A stretch of 64,000 nucleotides of DNA, taken from positions 58,180 to 122,179 of the forward strand of contig CAZHDZ010000002.1 in NCBI GenBank assembly GCA_964531275.1, in the 5' to 3' direction. The stretch is from an uncultured Gammaproteobacteria bacterium (GTDB lineage: Bacteria > Patescibacteriota > Microgenomatia > Levybacterales > GWA1-39-11). Below are positions 15,001-24,000 of this stretch, piece after piece; position 1 is the stretch's first letter; each line of letters begins with the position of its first letter. Under the pieces are notes generated by a model. The model saw nothing but the letters and a program-made list of their open reading frames with translations. It had not been told where the DNA came from and did not search any database. A program made the position numbers and the translations under genes.

Positions 15001-18000
15001 GCCAACAAATGTTTCGCTTGGTGCAGCTGCGACAACATTTACGTTAGGTGCAAATAATGCCGGCACATTCAATGTAAGAAATGATACGGTTACTTTCTCA
15101 GCAGCTGATACATTTAATGCAACAAGTGCTACAGCAAATGTTAATGTTCTAACTACGGGCGGTGGCTACGGATCAACTGGTACAACAATCGGTGCAACGG
15201 GAGATATCCAAACAAAAGGCGCTCTTACAGTTGACGGTATTTCAACCCTAACGGGAAATGTAACAGCAACTGGGGATGTTGCAGTTAATGGTGGAGACCT
15301 TACAACAACTGCATCTACATTTAACTTGCTTGCTTCACCAACTACGGTTAATCTCGGAGCGGGAACAACAACAGCTCTTAATCTTGGTAATGCTTCTGGT
15401 ACAACAAATGTGCTAGGTAATCTGACAATCGCTTCAGGCAAGACATTACTTGCTCAAGGTGCTTCTACATTTACACCATCAGGAACAAATGACGTAACTA
15501 TCAATACCAATCCAGGTGGCACAGCTTACTTTATTATTAACAACCTAGCAGGCGTTACAGGATCTGCACTTTGTACCGAAACATCTACAAATATTGTTGG
15601 GACATGTAATGCTTCATCACAGAGCCTGCAGGCTGCCTATGACAATGGAAATACAATCGCAACAACGAATTCTCGTGATATAGCATTCACTCTCACAAAC
15701 GACACAACTGACTCAAAGTTTTCGGTTACTACAGCTACAGGCTCGACTGCTGGGGTTGAATTCCTAAGAGCAGATGGTGCAGGTACTGCTGACCCAACGC
15801 AGCAAGTTCTTATTCAGAATCTTGACTCAAATCGAGCTCTTCCGGTTGGCCTTAAGGTTGCTGGTGTAACCGGCGGGGACGTTACTGTTGCAGTTGATCT
15901 TTCTGATTCAAATATTGTCTCTGCCCTTTCTCTTGGAGCAAATGACATAATTGCAACAAACTTCGGAATTACAGGATCAAATGGAAATATAACAACAAGT
16001 GGAGCTGTTGCTATCAATAGCGGTAATCTTACTACTACAAATACATCAGCAAATGTATTCGATACAAATGCAACAGGAGTAAATGCTTTTGGTGCTGCAA
16101 CCACCTTAAATATCGGAGCAGGTTCAGGCACAGCAACAATAAACAACGCAACTATTTCTTTCCCAACGGCATCTGCAATCAATGCAGCCGGAGCTGCTCT
16201 TGCTGTAGATTCAATCGCAGTTGGAGGAGGATACGGCGGAAGCGGTATAGATCTGACTGCTGCAGGAGATATTTCAGCCGACGGTGCTCTAACTATTGAC
16301 GGCACCTCCCAGTTGACCGGAAGTGTAACGACTGGTGGAGACTTGGCAGTAAATGGTGCAGGTACGGCTGATATAACAACGACAAATACCGGAACAGCTA
16401 CCTTATTTAATACAACTGCAACAACGGTAAATATTGCTGGTGGTGCGACAAGTGCTGTAAATGTAGGAAATGCATCCGGCACAGTTAATATAAATGGCAA
16501 CCTGGTGATGGGTTCTAGCAGAAGCATCACGTCAACTGGTCCTGTAAGCTTTACTCCAAACAGTACAAACTCAGTAACTATAACTGGGGACACGGATTCC
16601 TTCCTTACTCTTGTTGGAGTACAACCAGCAAGCGGTTCAACTCCAATACTTTGTTTGGACGGCTCTAGTCACGTAGTAACCTGTGACAACACAGCTATAC
16701 TTTCGCTTCAATCCGCATATGGGTATGGTAATACAATTGATACGACTTCGGCACGGGACATCGAATTCAATCTAACTACGGCAGGAACTGATTCAAGTTT
16801 TGCTATCACAACAGAGGCTGGTGCTACAGGATTTACCAATATCTCACTAGAAGACGGGACAAATACCGCTCCTCCAGCACAATTAGTGCTTATAAATAAT
16901 GAAGACTCAAATGAGGCTTTGCCTGCTGGACTTGTTATCAGCTCCACAGGCGGAGGAGCTGTTACGACTGCACTTGATGTATCTGATCCAGCGATTTTGA
17001 CTGCAATTTCGCTAGGTGGAAACGATATTACAGGTTCAGTATTTGATGTTGACGGAGCAACCGGAGATACAACAGTTGGAGACATTGCTGTTAATGGAAA
17101 CGACATAACAACAACCCAAGTAGCTGCTGCAAATATCTTTAATACAAATGCCAATGCGATAAATCTTGGAGGCGTTGCAGCAACGTATACAATTGGAGCA
17201 ACTACAGCTACAGGTAATCTTCGAGGAACAACTATAAACTTCCCTAACGCAACATCAATTGTTGCAAATGGTGCAACAGCTAACATATCAGCTCTTGAAG
17301 TTGGCGGAGGATATTCAGGTGCATCAGGAGTAAGTCTTTCAACAACCGGAGACATTCAGGCCAATGGAGCCCTTACTATTGATGGGATCTCAACTTTGAC
17401 AGGTAATGTAACAGCAACAGGAGACGTTGCAATCAATGGTGGAGATCTTACAACTACTGCAACTACGTTTAATTTGCTTGCAAGTCCAGCAACGGTTAAC
17501 TTTGCTGCAGGCGCTTCTACAGCAGTAAATGTTGGACATGCTTCAGGTACAACAAATATCCTGGGTAACTTGTCTATTGCATCAACTAAATCATTCACAT
17601 CCCAAGGAGCTGCAACATTTACACCAACCGGAACAACTGACGTCACGATAAATACCGATTCTGATTCTTCGTTGATTTTGGTTGGAATGAATGATGTAAC
17701 AGGTGCTGCAATTTGTATTGAAAATTCAACAAATGTTATAGGAACTTGCGATGCTGCATCTCAAAGTCTTCAAACAGCATATGATAATGGCAATACTATC
17801 CTGACAACCGATGCACGAAATCTGGATTTCACATTGGATGCAACCTCAACAGATCCTAATTTCTTAATAAAAACAGCAGCAGGCGGACAAGGAAATACTC
17901 AATTTTCACTTGAGGATGGCTCAAATGCTACTTCCCCAACAGAGCTGGTCTTAATTAGAAACAATGACAGTAATGAGGCGCTGACTTCAGGACTTAGAAT

Positions 18001-21000
18001 GACTTCTGCAGGAGGAGCTATTACAACGGCTCTTGATGTGAGTGCATCTCAAATTGGTACAGCATTAAGCTTCGGTGGTAACGACATCTCTGGGACGGCA
18101 TTCTCTGTAACGGGTAGCAATGGAAATATAACCTCCTCAGGGGATATTGCTATTAATGGTAATGACATAACGACAACAACAGCTGCAGGTGCAAATATTT
18201 TCAATACGAATGCAACATCTGTAAATATTGGAGGCGCAGCAACGGCTTACTCAATCGGTGGATCAAGTGCAACAGGACATCTAAGAGGAACATCTGTAAT
18301 ATTTGATGACGCGACGACAATCGATGCAACACTAGCAACGATAAATGGTTCAATCCTTACTTCCGGAGGCGGCTACACAAATACCGGAGTAACATTGGCT
18401 GCAAATGGAGATGTAAGTGCTGACGGAATTCTTACGGTCGGAGGAGCTGCCTCAATTACAGGAGCTGTTACATTAACAAATGATATCGCTGTTAACGGTG
18501 GAGACCTCACCTCAACAGCCACAACCTTCAATCTACTTGCTTCTCCAACAACTATTAATTTTGGTGCAGGTGCTTCGACTGCAATAAATATAGGAAATAC
18601 AGCAGGCACAACAACAGTTAATAGTAATCTAACAGTTGCTTCTGGTAAGACATTGCTTGCTCAGGGTGTATCAACATTTACCCCTAGCAGCACAAATGAT
18701 GTAACAATCAATACGGATGCTGACTCATCATTTATTGTTACTAGCTTGACAGATGTTACTGGTGATAACGTTTGTGTAGATGGCACTGGAGTTATTGGAA
18801 CCTGTGACTCTGCTTCTTCAAGCTTGCAAGCTGCTTACGATGCTGGTAACAATATTACGACCACAAGTTCTCGTGACATAGAATTTGACCTTTCAACGAC
18901 CGGAACTGATTCAAGTTTTGTAGTGTCTACCCTCGCTGGCGCAACAGGCTCAACGCTCTTTAATCTTGAGGATGGATCAAATGCAACACCACCTCAACAG
19001 TTGGTTCTTATTAATAATGCAGATACAAATGAGCCATTAGCTGCCGGACTTAAGATAACAGCTGCTGCTGGAGGAATTACAACAGGTATTGATGTCAGTG
19101 ACCCAGACGTTGTGATAGGAATAAGTCTTGGTGCGTCAAATATTGATGGAACGAGCTTTGATGTGACTGGGTCTTCCGGAAATATTACATCCTCTGGTGA
19201 CCTTGCACTTCACGGTGGTGATATAACTACAACAAATACTACAGCTACAGTATTTGATACAGCAGCAACAACTGTAAATGCATTCGGTGTCGCTTCAACT
19301 TTAATACTTGGTGCTAACAATAGTGGAACCGCAACTATTAGAAATCAAACTATTAGCTTCCCATCTGCAACTGCTGTTAATGCAACAAGTGCAACCGGCA
19401 ACTTCAGCGCTCTAACAACAGGTGGTGGATATGCTTCTACTGGTACTTCAATCTCAGCAGCTGGTGTAATCCAAACAAAGGGTGCGCTAACAGTCGACGG
19501 TATATCGACGTTGACTGGTGCAGTAACTGCTGAAGCTGGGATAACCATTGATGGTGCAACTCAATCAAATCTAATTGCTGCAAAATCAACTGCCAACCTA
19601 TTTAATACAACGGCAACTACAATTAACTTTGGTGCAGCTGCAACGACAGGTATAAATATTGGAGCTTCAGGTGGAACTATTGCTATCGCAGGTCCAGTAA
19701 CAATAGCAAACGGTCAAACTCTTACCGCGAATGGAGCAGCTACTATTGGAGACGGTGGTGACGCGATTGCTCTTTCCGGAACTACAGTTTCATTAACTGC
19801 AAATGGAGCAGGAAATGATATAACTGCAAATCTGGTTGACGCTAATACAGACGCTCTGGACATTCAACAAGGGACAGATAACTACATTAATATAAATACA
19901 ACTAACGGTTCTGAAAATATCTCATTTGGAAATACCGGGACTAATCCATCATTCTCATTCCTTGGATCTGGTACAACTACCATGGGTGGTAACTTAGCGG
20001 TAAATGGTGGTACCATTTCTACAACGCAAACATCAGGGACAATTTTTGCTTCCCCAACTACCCTCTCTATCGGTACCGCTGCAACTACATTCTCGTTAGG
20101 TGCAGGAAGCGGCACTACTACTATCAATAATGGCCTAACGGTAAGTGGTGCTACGACAAATATCGCATCAACAGCAATCAATCTTACGGGCAATAGCACA
20201 GTTCTTGACATGACAGGGACCGGAACTCTTGGAATCAATACAACAACTGATCGTGCAGTAACTTTTGGAGCAGGAGCATTTACTGTTGAGTCCAACTCTA
20301 TAAATCTTTCAGGAACCGCTCCTGCAATTGCTGCAACGACTAATGCCACAAACTTGACAATAAATGCAGGGACAACTGGCTTGGTGCAGATCGGTGGTAC
20401 ATCAACAGGGAATTTAGAGCTTGGAGGAGGATCGGGATCTACCGGATGTACGCTTACAAATAATACAGGAGACTTCGCTTGTTCTGGAGGTATTACTACA
20501 ACAGACACAACTGGTACGGTTAATTTCGGCTTCTGGACAAAAGACTTTAATACAGGGATCATCTCCCCAGTAACTGGTACTGATGTTCTTGCTATTACTT
20601 CCTCATCAACGACAAATGGAGCGCTATCACTGACAACTTCAGCTCTTCAATCTTCCGGAGTTGCTGGATTCAATAATGCAGTCACAATCACAGGAACTGC
20701 AGGTTCATCTACTTACTATGGACAAAGATTGACACTTACTAATAGCGGCACAACTAACGCAAATACTGCATATGGACAGCACATCTCATTTGTTGGAGCA
20801 GGAAGTTTGGCAAATACCATGACTGGTCTTTATGTTGATGTAACAACAGCAAATGCCAGTGATACAACATATGCTGCAGCATTTATGAACGGAAATGTTG
20901 GTATTGGGGATGCTTCGCCAACTGCCCCTCTTACTGTTGGCTCAGGAGACTTATTCCAAGTAGCAGCAACTGGAAATGTAACGTTTAATTACACTACACC

Positions 21001-24000
21001 AACTGTTACTTTTGGAAATGGTGGAACACTCGCCTTTAGAGACGGAACAAGTGACATTCTAAGACTCCAAGACTGGAATACATCTCAGACATTCCTAAGA
21101 GTTGGCGCACACGGAACAACAAATGGTGCGATCTTCTTTGGCTCATCTGGAGCTGGAACAATGGAGCCTTCAATCTCAGCATCTGCATCCGGTAACCTAT
21201 GGGTACAAGCACCAGGCGGAACAACAATTGTAGGAAGTGGAATTGGAGATATTACCATTAATCCTGGAACGGGAACAAATCAGGTTTACGTAAATCTAAA
21301 TACAGGAGGATCTGGTACAGGAGACTTTAATGTTAGGACAAATGGAACAAGCTTCCTAACGTTATCCGAGGTTGGTGCGTCAACCTTCACACAACCTATC
21401 AACCAAAAAGTAACGGTAAGTGCGCCAGGAACAACCCTTGGTTCAACAACTGGTGTTACAGGCGGAGTATTTGACATAAATGCTGATACGTCTACTGCAA
21501 ATACTGTAGGCATGACCATTGACTTTACAAGCAATGACGGAGGAGCTTCAGGAAGTGATCTTTATGCGCAAAGAATAAATTTAATTCAAAATGATGCTGA
21601 CTCAAATCTTTTTGGATTACATATAGGCCTTGCTGCAACAAGTGCAACTATCGGGGATAGTAAATTGGTAGACTGTCTGCTATGCCTTCAAAATCTAGAA
21701 AATCAGTCAGGCGCTATAGAATCGGCTATAAGAATAAGAGGAACAGCAGCTGCTGGTGCTATAACAAACGGGCTTAATATGAGTGGCGCAACTGATATTA
21801 CAAATGACATTGTTCTTCAAAATGGCGAAGTGATTGATAACAATACGAACGGAACCGTTGCTGTAACAGCTACCTCAACAACATTCTCGGGTGATATAAC
21901 CGTCACAGGTAACGACATAACATTTGGAAATGCCGAAACAATCTCCAACGGGACAAATGGAAGGATTACTGTTGGAGGAGCAGATCTGGCTCTTTCATCA
22001 ACCACTGGTGACATCATTTTTGGAAATGGTGAAACAATAGATAACGACACAAATGGCGTTGTTAACATCAACGGAAGAGTCCAATTTGATGCAACATCTG
22101 ATGACAACGAAAGACTTTGCCATACTGGTGCTGATGGTGCGTCTCTAACCAATATACTTCTCGAAGACTGTACGGTTAGCGGAGAAGACTTTGCAGAGTG
22201 GGCTATAGTTGGAACTCCTACAGCGGAGCCTGGAGATCTTGTATATGTTGTAGGTAATTTACCAAGTGACCCTACCCTGACACTAAAAGATTTGACTACC
22301 ACTCAATATCAAAGCAGTGTTTCTGGAATAATAAGCACAAATCCATTTATAGATATCCTTGGAGACGAACAATACAAGGGCAAGCCAAATGCAAAACCAA
22401 TTGCACTTGCAGGAAGAGTGCCAGTAAAGGTATCAACTGAGAATGGAAATATTAAGGTCGGAGATGCCCTTGTTGCCTCATCAATTCCTGGAGTTGCAAT
22501 GAAGGCTACGCAAAAGGGTATGATAATTGGATTTGCTGAAGAAGATTATGATGGGACCACGAGGGTTAGTGCTCAAGTCCTAAAGCAAGAAGAGGTCTTT
22601 AACTCAGACCTAGATGACAGGACTGAATATCACTCAAACCCTGCTGCTTGGGACTCTTCTGTAGGAAAGATCATGACATCAATAAATTCGTTCTTCTACG
22701 ACCCAAATTATGCGACCGCATACACTGGAAATGAAGATTGGAACCACACGGGTGACTTTACCGTGAGCCAGACATTATTTGCGTACGATGTAGCATTTGG
22801 AATAGGTGGTGAGCTAACAGTAGATGGAGCAGGAAGTCTCTCTACGACAGGCTCAATCACGTCAAGCGCTTTGACATCGCAGACAGCAAATTTTGGAGAT
22901 GCAGCACAATTTGCAATTGACGAGAATGGGAATGCGACCACTTCGGGAAGTTTGACTTTTGATGCTGCAGTACTAAGCTCCGAAACAAACAATTTTGTAA
23001 GCAGGTTAACTCTGGATACAAACGAGAATAATGATCCTACTAAATTTGTCTTTAAAAATGCTGCCGGTCTTGAGCTCTTGGGACTAGATAGCAATGGAAA
23101 TGCAACAATTGCAGGAACCTTGACGACTATGGTTGGCAACTATGATATTGCCGAAGATTATCCAACCCGTGACAACACAATTGAAGCCGGAGATATCGTG
23201 TCAGCAGATAGAGTCCTTGACGGATTTGTCTCAAAGTCAAATACTGCATACGACAAGACAGTTATCGGTATCTATTCTGAGAAGCCAGGATTTAGACTCT
23301 CTCAAGCAGGTGGCACGATAAATGGAGAAAGAGCTATTCCAATTGCCCTTGCCGGTAGAGTTCCTGTTAAGGTTAACAATGAAAATGGACCTATAAAGAA
23401 AGGTGATGCCCTCACTACTTCTTCAACCCCAGGATACGCAATGAAGGCTGTAAAAGCAGGTCAGATAATTGGTAAAGCATTAGAGGACTTCAACGGAACA
23501 ACAGGCAAGGTTCTTACCTTCGTTAACGTGAGCTTTGCTGATCCTCAAAATATACTTGAGAGAATTGCTTTGGATTCTGACAACAATATTGCAATCTCGA
23601 AGGTCAGCTCTGATGCTGTCAAGCTTCCTGCTAACCTAACAATTGCAGGAAAAGAAATAAATGGAACACTAACCGACGCACTTCTTGCAGTAGGAAATGA
23701 GATAACAAATGTAAAGACTGGTATTTCAAGTCTTGAAACTGCTGTTCTTGGTCTTGATACAAAGGCAAACGCCCTTGAGGAAAAGGTTTTGACGCTTGAA
23801 GAGCAACAGGCATCAACTGCAGCAGAACTCGCAAGAACAATCGATGGTACAAATGAGCTTGATTCTAGAGTAAGCTCAACCAGCGCAAGTCTTTCGGATC
23901 TAAATAGTAGACTTGATGCATTACTTTCTCAAATTGCATCAGGTTCAACATCTGCTTCAGGATCTGCAATTGGAACAGGCTCTGCTAGCTACAATGAATT

